A stretch of 64,000 nt of DNA, from contig JAUMVT010000007.1 of NCBI GenBank assembly GCA_030529995.1, positions 4,170 through 68,169 on the forward strand, read 5' to 3'. Made by a program: the position numbers and the translations under genes. The notes under the pieces were generated by a model that saw nothing but the letters and a program-made list of their open reading frames with translations, was not told where the DNA came from and made no database searches. The first letter of the stretch is position 1, and the number at the start of each line of letters is the position of its first letter. Shown piece by piece: positions 37,540 through 46,434 of the stretch. Source of the stretch: Clostridia bacterium. GTDB lineage: Bacteria; Bacillota; Clostridia; Christensenellales; Aristaeellaceae.

Positions 37540-38312
37540 TGGAGCTGTTTGATTCCCACTGCCATGTGGATGAACCGAAGTTCGACGAGGATCGGGATGC
37601 GGTGCTCCTTCGCATGAAGGAGAAAGGCGTCACCCGGTATGCCGTCATCGGCTCGGACATGGCAACCTCCCGCCACAGTGCGGACTTTGCAGCTGCCCAT
37701 GAGGGATGCTATGCCGCTGTAGGCATTCATCCCCATGAGGCAAAAGGTTACCGGGACGGCGACCTGGAACAGCTGGCGGAATGGCTGAAGGAAGAAAAGG
37801 TCTGCGCCATTGGAGAAATCGGGCTGGACTACTATTATGATTTGTCTCCCAGAGATGTGCAGATGCAGGTTTGCCTGAAGCAGATGGAACTGGCGCATCA
37901 GCTGAACGTGCCCGTAGCGTACCACATCCGGGATGCTCATCAGGATATGCTGGAGCTGATGAAGGCCAACAAGAAGCTGTTGACAGGTGGTATCATTCAT
38001 TGCTTTTCCGGCAGCTGGGAAATTGCCAAGGAGTACCTGAAGCTGGGCTATTACATTTCCTTCGCTGGGCCGGTTACATTCAAGAAGGCGCCTAAGCTGG
38101 CGGAAGCGGCAGTACATGTGCCTCAAGATCGGCTGCTGATTGAGACGGATAGTCCCTATTTGGCACCGGAGCCTGTTCGAGGCCACCGGAACGAGCCTAC
38201 GAACGTGGCCTATGTGTGCGAGAAGATTGCGCTGCTCCGGGGCGAAAGCCCGGAAGAAGTGGCAGCCTACACCATGGAAAACGCCATGCGGGTGTACGGC
38301 ATTGATCACTAA
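37536..38312 (+). CDS. tatD: TatD-family metal-dependent hydrolase
   Basis: DSHCH, GEIGLDY, HIRDA, HCFSG and ETDSPYL motifs. 4-nt overlap with metG. Confidence 0.9.
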   Translation: MMELFDSHCHVDEPKFDEDRDAVLLRMKEKGVTRYAVIGSDMATSRHSADFAAAHEGCYAAVGIHPHEAKGYRDGDLEQLAEWLKEEKVCAIGEIGLDYYYDLSPRDVQMQVCLKQMELAHQLNVPVAYHIRDAHQDMLELMKANKKLLTGGIIHCFSGSWEIAKEYLKLGYYISFAGPVTFKKAPKLAEAAVHVPQDRLLIETDSPYLAPEPVRGHRNEPTNVAYVCEKIALLRGESPEEVAAYTMENAMRVYGIDH

Positions 38313-38324
38313 GGGGTGAGGCAG

Positions 38325-38927
38325 ATGCAGGAAGGATTTGTGGATGTTCAGGAGCTGATTCCTGATGCGGAGACGGAAATCCGCTACGCAACGGCACATA
38401 ACCTGACGGGACATCCACTGGCAGGCTATAAGGCCGGCAGGGCACTGATGACTGTGGAGGCTGCTAAGGCGCTGGCTAAGGCAGCGGAAAAGCTGCGCAC
38501 CATGGGCTACGGTATTCGCATTTATGATGCCTACCGTCCCCAAAAGGCCGTAACGGATTTTGTCACCTGGAGCAGCGAGGCTGAAAACGGGGAAACGAAA
38601 GCGGAGTTTTATCCGGAGCTTGAAAAGGCCGACCTGTTTCCCATGGGCTACATTGCGAGAAAATCCGGACACTCCCGGGGCTCCACGGTGGATCTGACCC
38701 TGACGAAAAACGGCTGTCCTGTTGATATGGGCACCACCTTCGACCGAATGAGCGACTTGTCTCACCACGGTGCAGCTGGCTTGACGGAAGCACAGGAGGC
38801 CAACCGTGCCCTGCTTCGGGGCGTCATGGCTTGGGCAGGCTTTGCACCTTATGAAAATGAGTGGTGGCATTACCGACTGATGAACGAACCCTATCCGGAA
38901 ACCTATTTTGATTTTGACATCGAGTAA
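38325..38927 (+). CDS. D-alanyl-D-alanine dipeptidase (M15D, VanX/DdpX-like)
   Basis: YDAYRP, SGHSRGSTVDLTL and EWWHY motifs. GTG 38316 is an alternative start. Confidence 0.85.
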   Translation: MQEGFVDVQELIPDAETEIRYATAHNLTGHPLAGYKAGRALMTVEAAKALAKAAEKLRTMGYGIRIYDAYRPQKAVTDFVTWSSEAENGETKAEFYPELEKADLFPMGYIARKSGHSRGSTVDLTLTKNGCPVDMGTTFDRMSDLSHHGAAGLTEAQEANRALLRGVMAWAGFAPYENEWWHYRLMNEPYPETYFDFDIE

Positions 38928-38932
38928 CAGAG

Positions 38933-38966
38933 AACCGTCGTGTGCAAATGCATGCGGCGGTTTTTA
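38933..38966 (+). terminator. Intrinsic terminator candidate
   Basis: AACCGTCG / CGGCGGTT stem (one wobble) followed by TTTTT. Confidence 0.55.
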
Positions 38967-39077
38967 TGCCTTCGGTTACCGATGACACCTGCATTTCTGC
39001 CGAATACCGATTTTCTGTGACAGAACTTTAATCGGGATGTATGATGGGATTGTCCGATGGGGGAGGAGGTGAGGAAA

Positions 39078-39518
39078 GTGATTTTCAGGTTGATCATTGA
39101 CAGGGATAAGCCGGAGGAAATCACGGCAACTGTCCATGAACGGACGGCACTGATTGATGAAATTGAAGGGCTTGTCCTTCGTGACAGCGTGGCTGACCAG
39201 GTGCCCGGCTATGCCGAGGATGAAATTCTGATGCTGAACATAGCGCAGGTGGAATGCTTTCTGGTGGAGGGAGAAAAAACCTACGCCGTTTACAGCGACG
39301 GAAAACGGTACCTTGTCCGAAGAAGACTGTACGAATTGGAAAAGACGCTGCCGGGAAACTTCGAGCGAATCGGCAAGTCGGCACTGGCTAATTGGAAGAT
39401 GATTACCAAATTCAAGGTGCAGCTTTCCGGGGCGGTGGATGCGGTTTTCCGAAGCGGCCATGTGGAGTGCATATCCAGACGATGCTTTGCGGAATTGAAA
39501 CGGAGGTACGGATTATGA
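39078..39518 (+). CDS. LytTR-family DNA-binding protein
   Basis: GTG start behind GGAGGAGGTGAGG, with ATG 39057 as an alternative. LytTR pattern: I.YFE-like QVECFLVEGEKTYAVYSDGKRYLVRRRLYELEKTLP..FERIGKSALAN. Confidence 0.8.
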   Translation: MIFRLIIDRDKPEEITATVHERTALIDEIEGLVLRDSVADQVPGYAEDEILMLNIAQVECFLVEGEKTYAVYSDGKRYLVRRRLYELEKTLPGNFERIGKSALANWKMITKFKVQLSGAVDAVFRSGHVECISRRCFAELKRRYGL

Positions 39519-39931
39519 GGAAATTTTTGAAAGGGTTCTGTGATCGGGGCGTAAAGTTTGCCTGGGGCGGGCCAGTGGTGATGGCGATTGTGCTGTTGTG
39601 CATACAGGCTGCCGGAACGGATGTGGATCTGACGGTTGATCAGGCGGCGCTGGGTATCATGACCACCACGGTCATGGCCTTTATTGCAGCAGGAATCTCG
39701 GTTGTGTATCAGATGGAGAATCTGCCCAAGGCTTTTGCGGGGCTGATTCAGGCAGCGGTGCTGTACATCGATTACCTGGGCTTTTACCTGCTGAACGGCT
39801 GGATTTCCGTGAGCAAGGTCGGCGTGTTTACCCTAATCTTTGTAGCTGGGTTTGCGATTATTTGGTTCAGCATTTACATTCCGACCAAGAGGAAAGTGGA
39901 AAAAATGAATCGGCTGCTGAAGCAGCAATGA
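39515..39931 (+). CDS. DUF3021-like small membrane protein, the usual LytTR partner
   Basis: 4-nt overlap with the LytTR gene behind GGAGG, and four TM segments. Confidence 0.65.
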   Translation: MRKFLKGFCDRGVKFAWGGPVVMAIVLLCIQAAGTDVDLTVDQAALGIMTTTVMAFIAAGISVVYQMENLPKAFAGLIQAAVLYIDYLGFYLLNGWISVSKVGVFTLIFVAGFAIIWFSIYIPTKRKVEKMNRLLKQQ

Positions 39932-39936
39932 AGAAG

Positions 39937-39975
39937 GCCGGGGCGGAACATGGATCCGCCTCGGCTTTTGTTTTA
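39937..39975 (+). terminator. Intrinsic terminator
   Basis: GCCGGGGCGGA / TCCGCCTCGGC stem followed by TTTTGTTTT. Confidence 0.85.
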
Positions 39976-40012
39976 TCTGGCAAAAAAACAACAGAAAAAT
40001 ACCAAAATACTA

Positions 40013-40041
40013 TTGACAAGCCCTATTGACCGTGGTATCCT
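40013..40041 (+). promoter_or_regulatory. Sigma70-type promoter of the LacI-family regulator and mal operon
   Basis: TTGACA, 17 nt, (TGg)TATCCT. Confidence 0.55.
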
Positions 40042-40051
40042 GTACTTGTGA

Positions 40052-40078
40052 TGAAATCGTTACCGAAAACGTTACCGA
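40052..40078 (+). promoter_or_regulatory. Tandem cre/LacI-type operator half-repeats just downstream of the promoter
   Basis: TGAAATCGTTACCGA followed by AAACGTTACCGA. The same unit recurs at 46375-46402. Confidence 0.5.
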
Positions 40079-40101
40079 CACTGGCGCATAGGGAGGCGGC
40101 C

Positions 40102-41121
40102 ATGAAGATATACACCATCAGGGATATTGCGGAGAAGGCAGGCGTGAGTGTCACGACGGTCTCACGTGTGCTGAACCATCGGCCTGATGTGAATCCTGCC
40201 ACCCGTGCGAAAGTGGAAAAAATCATTGCAGAGTGTCATTTCGTAGGTAACGCCAATGCACGAAGCCTGAAGCAGACAGATTCCGACTTGGCTGCGGTCA
40301 TTCTGAGGGGACATCAGAATCCCTTTTTGAACGCACTGGCAGAGGAAATGCTTCAGCAAGCGGCGGACAGCAAGACGTCCTTCATGCTGGAGTTCATTGA
40401 TGAGAAGGAAGATGAGTTTCGCACGGCACTCCGGCTGAGCCATGAAAAGCATGACAAAGGATTCATCTTTGTAGGCGGACGACCGGATGAGCGGATTAAG
40501 GTGCTCAGCGGCATGAACGTGCCCATGGTATTTTCTACCGTGACGGTGGAAAAGCTGCCCATTGAACGGGCTTCTTCCGTGGCTGTGGATGACCGGGCAC
40601 TGGGCTATCAGGCGGTGAAAACTCTGCTGGATCAGGGGCATCGGAACATTGCCATTTTCGGCGCCGCACGGAGCGAAGGCGATAATCTTTCCATGCGCTA
40701 CCTGGGTGCACTGGATGCTTTCCATGATGCAGGGCTGGTGTTCGATGAAAGCCGATACATGGAGAGCCGCTTCTCCCTGAAGGGCGGCTATGACAGTGCA
40801 CGGGCGTTCTTCCCGGTGAAGAGCGATACTACAGCCGTTTTCGCCATGAGCGATGTGATGGCCATGGGTGTGATTCGGGCACTGAAGGACATGGGCAAGC
40901 GAGTGCCGGAGGACGTTAGTGTCTTCGGCTTTGACGGGATTGAAATGGGCAAGTACTTTGCACCTCGGCTGACCACCATTGAACAGCCGGTGGAAAACCT
41001 TGCCCGGGAAAGCGTGGCGGTGCTGCTGGACATGCTGGAAAACGGCAGTCAGCCCCGCCATGTAACGGTGGATGCGGTACTCCGTATGCGGGAGTCTGTG
41101 GCATCTGCCCCTGAAAGTTGA
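40102..41121 (+). CDS. LacI-family transcriptional regulator (MalR-like)
   Basis: Start at MKIYTIRDIAEKAGVSVTTVSRVLN behind GGGAGG, with a periplasmic-binding-type effector domain. Confidence 0.9.
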   Translation: MKIYTIRDIAEKAGVSVTTVSRVLNHRPDVNPATRAKVEKIIAECHFVGNANARSLKQTDSDLAAVILRGHQNPFLNALAEEMLQQAADSKTSFMLEFIDEKEDEFRTALRLSHEKHDKGFIFVGGRPDERIKVLSGMNVPMVFSTVTVEKLPIERASSVAVDDRALGYQAVKTLLDQGHRNIAIFGAARSEGDNLSMRYLGALDAFHDAGLVFDESRYMESRFSLKGGYDSARAFFPVKSDTTAVFAMSDVMAMGVIRALKDMGKRVPEDVSVFGFDGIEMGKYFAPRLTTIEQPVENLARESVAVLLDMLENGSQPRHVTVDAVLRMRESVASAPES

Positions 41122-41172
41122 TCATCCGCACAGGGCGAAACCTGTGGGAGAGATAAAAAGGAGGAAACCAGA

Positions 41173-42393
41173 ATGAAAAAGGTCGTTTCTGTAGTGTTGG
41201 CACTGTGCATGGCACTGTCACTGTGCTCCTTCGCACTGGCAGAGGATGTGACCCTCACCGTGTGGGTGGGCGACAATCAGGACATAGAATGGATCAATGG
41301 CGTGATTGACAACTTCAAGGCTGCTCATCCTGAAAATAACTACACCATCAACGTGGGTGTGCAGACCGAGGGCGACTGCTCCAAGGTCGTGCTGAATGAC
41401 CCCACTGCCGCAGCTGACGTGTTCACCTTTGCTGATGACCAGTTCAACAGCCTGATGAACGGCGGTGCTCTGCAGCAGGTGGTTGACGGTGCTGATGATA
41501 TCATCGCTGCCAACGGCGGTGCTGATGCTCCCGTGGTGAAGGCTGCCAGCCAGGATGGCGTGCTGTATGCCTATCCTGCTACCGCTTCCAACGGCTACTT
41601 CATGTTCTACAACAAGGAGTACTTCACCGAGGAAGACGTGCAGACCCTGGACGGCATGATGGCCAAGGCTGCCGCTGCCGGCAAGTATGTGGGCTTCCCC
41701 ATGAGCGACGGCTGGTATTTCTACAGCTGGTTCAAGGGCGCAGGCCTGACCATGACCGTGAATGAAGACAGCGTGACCAATTCCTGCAACTGGAACGCTA
41801 CCGATACCCCTATCACCGGCGTGCAGGTGCTGGAAGCACTGCTGGAGATCGCTAAGAACCCCGGCTTCAAGGAAGCTAACTCCGATCCCTTCGTGGCTGG
41901 CGTGAAGGACGGCTCCATCATCGCTGGTGTGTCCGGTACCTGGAATGCCAACACTGCTCAGGAAGCATGGGGCGACAACTATGCTGCCACCAAGCTGCCC
42001 ACCTACACCGTAAACGGTGAACAGGTGCAGATGTCTTCCTTCGCCGGCTTCAAGCTGGTGGGCGTGAACCCCTACTCCGAGAACGTGGGCGCAGCCATGG
42101 ACTTCGCCGCTTACATGACCAACGAAGAGAGCCAGATGAGCCGGTTTGAAATCCGCTCCGAGGGTCCCTCCAATGTGAACGCCGCTTCTTCCGAAGCCGT
42201 GCAGTCCAACCCCGCCATCGCCGCTCTGGCCGCTCAGGCTGCCTATGCTGATGTGCAGCGTGTGGGCAACAAGTACTGGGATCCCGCTGCCGCTCTGGGC
42301 AAGATCATCATGAACGGCAATCCCGACGGCACCGATCTGCAGACCCTGCTGGACAACTGCGTTGCCGGCATCACCGCTCCTGCGGATCAATAA
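41173..42393 (+). CDS. Extracellular solute-binding protein, maltodextrin/oligosaccharide type (MalE-like)
   Basis: Signal peptide and family-1 SBP pattern, upstream of MalF/MalG-like permeases and alpha-glucan enzymes. Confidence 0.85.
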   Translation: MKKVVSVVLALCMALSLCSFALAEDVTLTVWVGDNQDIEWINGVIDNFKAAHPENNYTINVGVQTEGDCSKVVLNDPTAAADVFTFADDQFNSLMNGGALQQVVDGADDIIAANGGADAPVVKAASQDGVLYAYPATASNGYFMFYNKEYFTEEDVQTLDGMMAKAAAAGKYVGFPMSDGWYFYSWFKGAGLTMTVNEDSVTNSCNWNATDTPITGVQVLEALLEIAKNPGFKEANSDPFVAGVKDGSIIAGVSGTWNANTAQEAWGDNYAATKLPTYTVNGEQVQMSSFAGFKLVGVNPYSENVGAAMDFAAYMTNEESQMSRFEIRSEGPSNVNAASSEAVQSNPAIAALAAQAAYADVQRVGNKYWDPAAALGKIIMNGNPDGTDLQTLLDNCVAGITAPADQ

Positions 42394-42415
42394 TGAAACC
42401 TCAGTAAAACCTTCC

Positions 42416-42453
42416 GCCGCCCTGCCTGCCGGACTAACCAGCGGCAGGGCGGC
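42416..42453 (+). other. GC-rich intercistronic stem-loop after the binding-protein gene
   Basis: GCCGCCCTGCC / GGCAGGGCGGC perfect 11-bp stem followed by TTCTCTT. May act as a partial terminator or mRNA stabiliser. Confidence 0.5.
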
Positions 42454-42495
42454 TTCTCTTGCAGGGAAAACCAACCACGAGGGAGCGGGTATACA

Positions 42496-43965
42496 ATGGA
42501 GAAAAGCAAAACGATGAAAAAGGCTCCGAAGCAGTCGGGGCTGGGCAAAGGTCTTGCGTCCATTGGCGGCTATTTTGCCGGCTTTGCAAGGGACTTTGCA
42601 AAAGGGGACATTTGGGTCAAGCTGTCGGCACTGGTGTGGGGCGCAGGAAGCTTTGCACGGAAGCAGTATATCAAGGGCATCTTGCTGACGGTACTGGAAG
42701 CACTGTTCGCATACCTGCTGCCGGTTACCTTCTGGCCCTACATGAGCAAACTGGGAACCCTTGGCACGGTGCAGCAGCAGCGTGTGTATAATCCTGAAAC
42801 TAGAAAAAATGAATTCAACGACTACGATAATTCCTTCCTGATTCTCCTGTTTGGTGTCATCGGCTGCATTCTGCTGCTGGTGGCTGTGATCCTGCTGATT
42901 CAGGCTGTGCGGAATGCACGGCGTGTGCAGGAGCTTTCCGAAAGCGGCAAGCACGTAAATTCCTTCAAGGAAGACCTTGCGGATCTTCTTGGGGTCAAGT
43001 TCCACCGGACGCTGCTGAGCCTGCCGGTGCTGGGGGTGGTGTGCTTTACCATCATTCCCCTGATTGTGATGATTCTCATCGCCTTTACCAATTACGACCG
43101 AAATCACCTTGTGCCGGCTAAGCTGTTCACCTGGGTGGGCATGTCAAACTTCAATACGCTGTTTAACATGACCGCAGACAGTACCTTTGCCTATGCCTTC
43201 GGCAGGGTACTGGTGTGGACGCTGGTGTGGGCCGTTGTGGCTACCTTTACCTGCTACATCGGCGGCATTTTGCTGGCCATGTTCATCAACAATAAAAATA
43301 CCAAGGGAAAGAAGTTCTGGCGAACCTGCTTCATGATCACCATTGCGGTGCCCCAGTTCGTCAGCCTGCTGCTGGTGCGCAACTTCTTCGCGGATGCGGG
43401 CATCGTGAATACCATCTGCAAGAATGTGGGCCTGACCGATTGGCTGTACAACATCGGCGCCATTCCGACGGCCAACTTCATTCCCTTCCTGACCCATCCC
43501 ACTTGGGCACGGATTACGATCATCATGATCAACATCTGGGTCGGCGTGCCGTATCAGATGCTGATTGCCACCGGCATTCTGATGAACATTCCCAACGAGC
43601 TGCTGGAGAGCGCAAAGATTGACGGTGCCAACGCCTGGCAGTCCTTCCGCTCCATCACCATGCCGTATATCCTGTTCGTGACCGGACCTTCGCTGGTCAA
43701 CTCCGTGGTGGCGAACATCAACAACTTCAACGTGATTTACCTGCTGAGCAAGGACGTGTACACCACTTCTGACCAGCTCATGGCCAATGCCAACGCCAAC
43801 GAGGTTGACCTGCTGGTAACCTGGCTGTACCGCCTGACCCAGGATCAGAGCAACTACAAGATGGCTTCCGTCATCGGCATTCTGGTGTTCATTGTCTGCG
43901 CTGTGCTGACGATTCTGGCCTTCAATCGCATGATTGCCGGCGATAAGGAGGAGAATTTCCAATGA
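42496..43965 (+). CDS. Sugar ABC transporter permease (MalF-like, with extended N-terminal region)
   Basis: Multiple TM segments and the EAA-type loop ESAKIDGANAWQSFRSITMP. Confidence 0.85.
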   Translation: MEKSKTMKKAPKQSGLGKGLASIGGYFAGFARDFAKGDIWVKLSALVWGAGSFARKQYIKGILLTVLEALFAYLLPVTFWPYMSKLGTLGTVQQQRVYNPETRKNEFNDYDNSFLILLFGVIGCILLLVAVILLIQAVRNARRVQELSESGKHVNSFKEDLADLLGVKFHRTLLSLPVLGVVCFTIIPLIVMILIAFTNYDRNHLVPAKLFTWVGMSNFNTLFNMTADSTFAYAFGRVLVWTLVWAVVATFTCYIGGILLAMFINNKNTKGKKFWRTCFMITIAVPQFVSLLLVRNFFADAGIVNTICKNVGLTDWLYNIGAIPTANFIPFLTHPTWARITIIMINIWVGVPYQMLIATGILMNIPNELLESAKIDGANAWQSFRSITMPYILFVTGPSLVNSVVANINNFNVIYLLSKDVYTTSDQLMANANANEVDLLVTWLYRLTQDQSNYKMASVIGILVFIVCAVLTILAFNRMIAGDKEENFQ

Positions 43966-44807
43966 AGAAAGCATTGAGGCAAACGGGACGGCATCTGGTA
44001 TTGACGCTGCTGGCTGTTTTCTGGCTGATTCCCATTGTGTGGCTGGTTGTTACCTCCTTCGGCACGGACAAGGGGCCCAACCTGTCCACCTTCTTTCCCA
44101 AGGCCTATACGCTGGATAACTACAAGGCAATTCTTTTCCCCGGCAGTGACACGGTGAACCAGTTCCCGCAATGGTTCATGAATACCTTTACCATTGCCAT
44201 TTTCACCTGCATCATTTCCAGTCTGTTTGTGCTGATGGTGGCCTACGCCATGAGCTGCATGCGCTTTAAGGCACGGAAAGGCCTGATGCGGGCATCTGTC
44301 ATCATGAACCTGTTCCCCGGTTTCCTGTCCATGATCGCTGTGTACTTCATTATGAAGAACCTGAACCTGACCAACTCCATGACCGGCATGGTGATTGTGT
44401 ACTCGGCAGGCAGCGGCTTGGGCTACCTGATTGCCAAGGGATTCTTTGACACCATCTCCAAGTCCCTCCGTGAGGCGGCCTATTTGGAGGGAGCCAATGA
44501 ATTCACTGTGTTCTGGAAGATCATCATTCCTCTGTCCAAGCCCATCATTGTGTACACGGTGATCAATTCCTTCCTGGCACCCTGGATGGACTTCATCTTC
44601 GCTTCCATCATGCTGAACTCCGGCATCAGCAGCCAGAAGACCGTGGCATTGGGCTTGTTCGCCATGGTGGACAAGGTGAACAGAAACAACTACTTCGCCC
44701 AGTTCTGCGCAGGCGGCGTGGTGGTTTCCATTCCGATTTCCGTGCTGTTTATCATCATGCAGAAGTTCTATGTGGAAGGTATTACCGGAGGTTCCGTCAA
44801 GGGCTGA
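43962..44807 (+). CDS. Sugar ABC transporter permease (MalG-like)
   Basis: 4-nt overlap with the upstream permease. EAA loop EAAYLEGANEFTVFWKIIIP. Confidence 0.9.
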   Translation: MKKALRQTGRHLVLTLLAVFWLIPIVWLVVTSFGTDKGPNLSTFFPKAYTLDNYKAILFPGSDTVNQFPQWFMNTFTIAIFTCIISSLFVLMVAYAMSCMRFKARKGLMRASVIMNLFPGFLSMIAVYFIMKNLNLTNSMTGMVIVYSAGSGLGYLIAKGFFDTISKSLREAAYLEGANEFTVFWKIIIPLSKPIIVYTVINSFLAPWMDFIFASIMLNSGISSQKTVALGLFAMVDKVNRNNYFAQFCAGGVVVSIPISVLFIIMQKFYVEGITGGSVKG

Positions 44808-44839
44808 TCGGTTGACGCAACAAGAAGGAGGCGGGTGCT

Positions 44840-46345
44840 GTGCAATGGCTGAAGAAAATGGCTGCGCTGGTGTGCGCTCTGCTGCTGGTGGCTGCTTCGG
44901 CTTCGGCAGCGCCTGCCTCCCTAGGCGTGACCTACGAAATCTTTGTAGCTTCCTTTCAGGACAGCAACGGGGATGGAGTAGGAGATTTGCAGGGCATCAT
45001 CAGCCGGATGGACTATCTAGCCAGCCTAGGCGTCAAGCAGCTGTGGCTCATGCCCATTCATCCGTCTCCCAGCTATCACAAGTATGATGTAACGGACTAT
45101 GAAGGAATCGACCCGGCTTACGGCACCTTGGAGGACTTTGAGCAGCTGGTTGCATCATGCGATGCCCATGGCATGAAGGTGATGCTGGATCTTGTGGTGA
45201 ACCATACCAGCAGTCAGCATCCTTGGTTCACGGAGGCGTGTCAGGCATTGGCGGCAGGGACGGACAGCCCCTATCTTCAGTGGTACAACTTTGCCCAAAG
45301 CAGCGGAGACGGCTATCACGCCGTGCCGGGTGCGGACGGCTGGTGGTACGAAGGACGCTTCGGCGACCATATGCCGGATTTGAATCTGGACAATGAGGAC
45401 GTTCGGGCGGAGATTGCCCGCATCATCACCCTGTGGCAAAACCGTGGGGTGAAGGGCTTTCGGCTGGATGCAGTCACCAGCTATTACACGGGAGCAACGG
45501 GGAAGAATGCAGATTTTCTGCGCTTCGTGAATGAAACAGCCAAGGCGAACGACCCGGAGTGCTACATAGTCGCTGAAGCATGGACGGATGAAACCACCAT
45601 GCTGAACCTGTATGCCAGCGGCATTGACAGCCTGTTTAATTTCCCGGCGGCGGACAGTACCGGCACCCTCTTGAAGGCTGCTCTGAAGGGGAATGGTGCG
45701 GTGGCAGCAAAGCGGCTTGCGGCGTGGAATGAGCAGCTCCGTGCAGCCAACCCTGACGGGCTTGATGCGCCTTTCCTGACCAACCATGATATGGGACGTG
45801 CGGCAGGTGTGCTGCGCCTGGGCAAGGATCAGGAGAAGGCAGCGGCCATGCTGTATCTGCTGCTGCCCGGCGTGCCTACGGTGTACTATGGGGAGGAACT
45901 GGGCATGACCGGCTCCGGCAGGGACGAAAACAAGCGCCTGCCCATGCTGTGGAGTGCTGCAGATGAGGCTTTGCTTTGCAATCCGCCGGCGGATGCGGAT
46001 CAGCATCAGCGGCTGAAGGAAGGTGCGGATGTTCAGGACGACGATCCTGACAGCCTGCTGAACTGCTATCGTCAGCTGATTGCCATGCGGAATCAGGCAC
46101 CGGAGCTGCTCCGGGGCGTCATGACCTGCCTGGATGCAGGCAGCGACAGCGTTGCTTTCTTTACCGTTCAGGATGGGGAAAGCAGCGTGGCCGTGCTGGT
46201 GAACGCTTCCGCAGAGGAAGAAATTACGGTAGACATTCCTCAGCTGATGGGTTATACTGTGCTGGGCAGCTACGGCAAGGTGCAGTGCGGAGACAAGGCC
46301 GTCACCCTTGCCCCGATCAGCTGCGCACTTTTGCGGGTGGAGTAA
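44840..46345 (+). CDS. Secreted GH13 alpha-amylase-family glycosidase
   Basis: GTG start behind AAGGAGG, with a signal peptide. GH13 regions are present: DLVVNHTS, GFRLDAV, VAEAW and FLTNHD. Confidence 0.85.
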   Translation: MQWLKKMAALVCALLLVAASASAAPASLGVTYEIFVASFQDSNGDGVGDLQGIISRMDYLASLGVKQLWLMPIHPSPSYHKYDVTDYEGIDPAYGTLEDFEQLVASCDAHGMKVMLDLVVNHTSSQHPWFTEACQALAAGTDSPYLQWYNFAQSSGDGYHAVPGADGWWYEGRFGDHMPDLNLDNEDVRAEIARIITLWQNRGVKGFRLDAVTSYYTGATGKNADFLRFVNETAKANDPECYIVAEAWTDETTMLNLYASGIDSLFNFPAADSTGTLLKAALKGNGAVAAKRLAAWNEQLRAANPDGLDAPFLTNHDMGRAAGVLRLGKDQEKAAAMLYLLLPGVPTVYYGEELGMTGSGRDENKRLPMLWSAADEALLCNPPADADQHQRLKEGADVQDDDPDSLLNCYRQLIAMRNQAPELLRGVMTCLDAGSDSVAFFTVQDGESSVAVLVNASAEEEITVDIPQLMGYTVLGSYGKVQCGDKAVTLAPISCALLRVE

Positions 46346-46374
46346 CATCCCCCCGCCATTCTTTGAGACATGAA

Positions 46375-46402
46375 TGAAAACGTTACCGATAACGATACCG
46401 AT
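46375..46402 (+). promoter_or_regulatory. Second copy of the tandem operator-like repeat, upstream of malQ-glgP
   Basis: TGAAAACGTTACCGA followed by TAACGATACCGAT. Confidence 0.5.
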
Positions 46403-46434
46403 TAAGGAAAGTCATGATGAAAGGAGAAATGCTT

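Noticed and set aside
38976-39461. 161-aa minus-strand ORF overlapping the LytTR gene
   Set aside because: The plus-strand frame has a clear LytTR domain, a strong SD and coupling to the DUF3021 partner. The minus-strand frame has no support.
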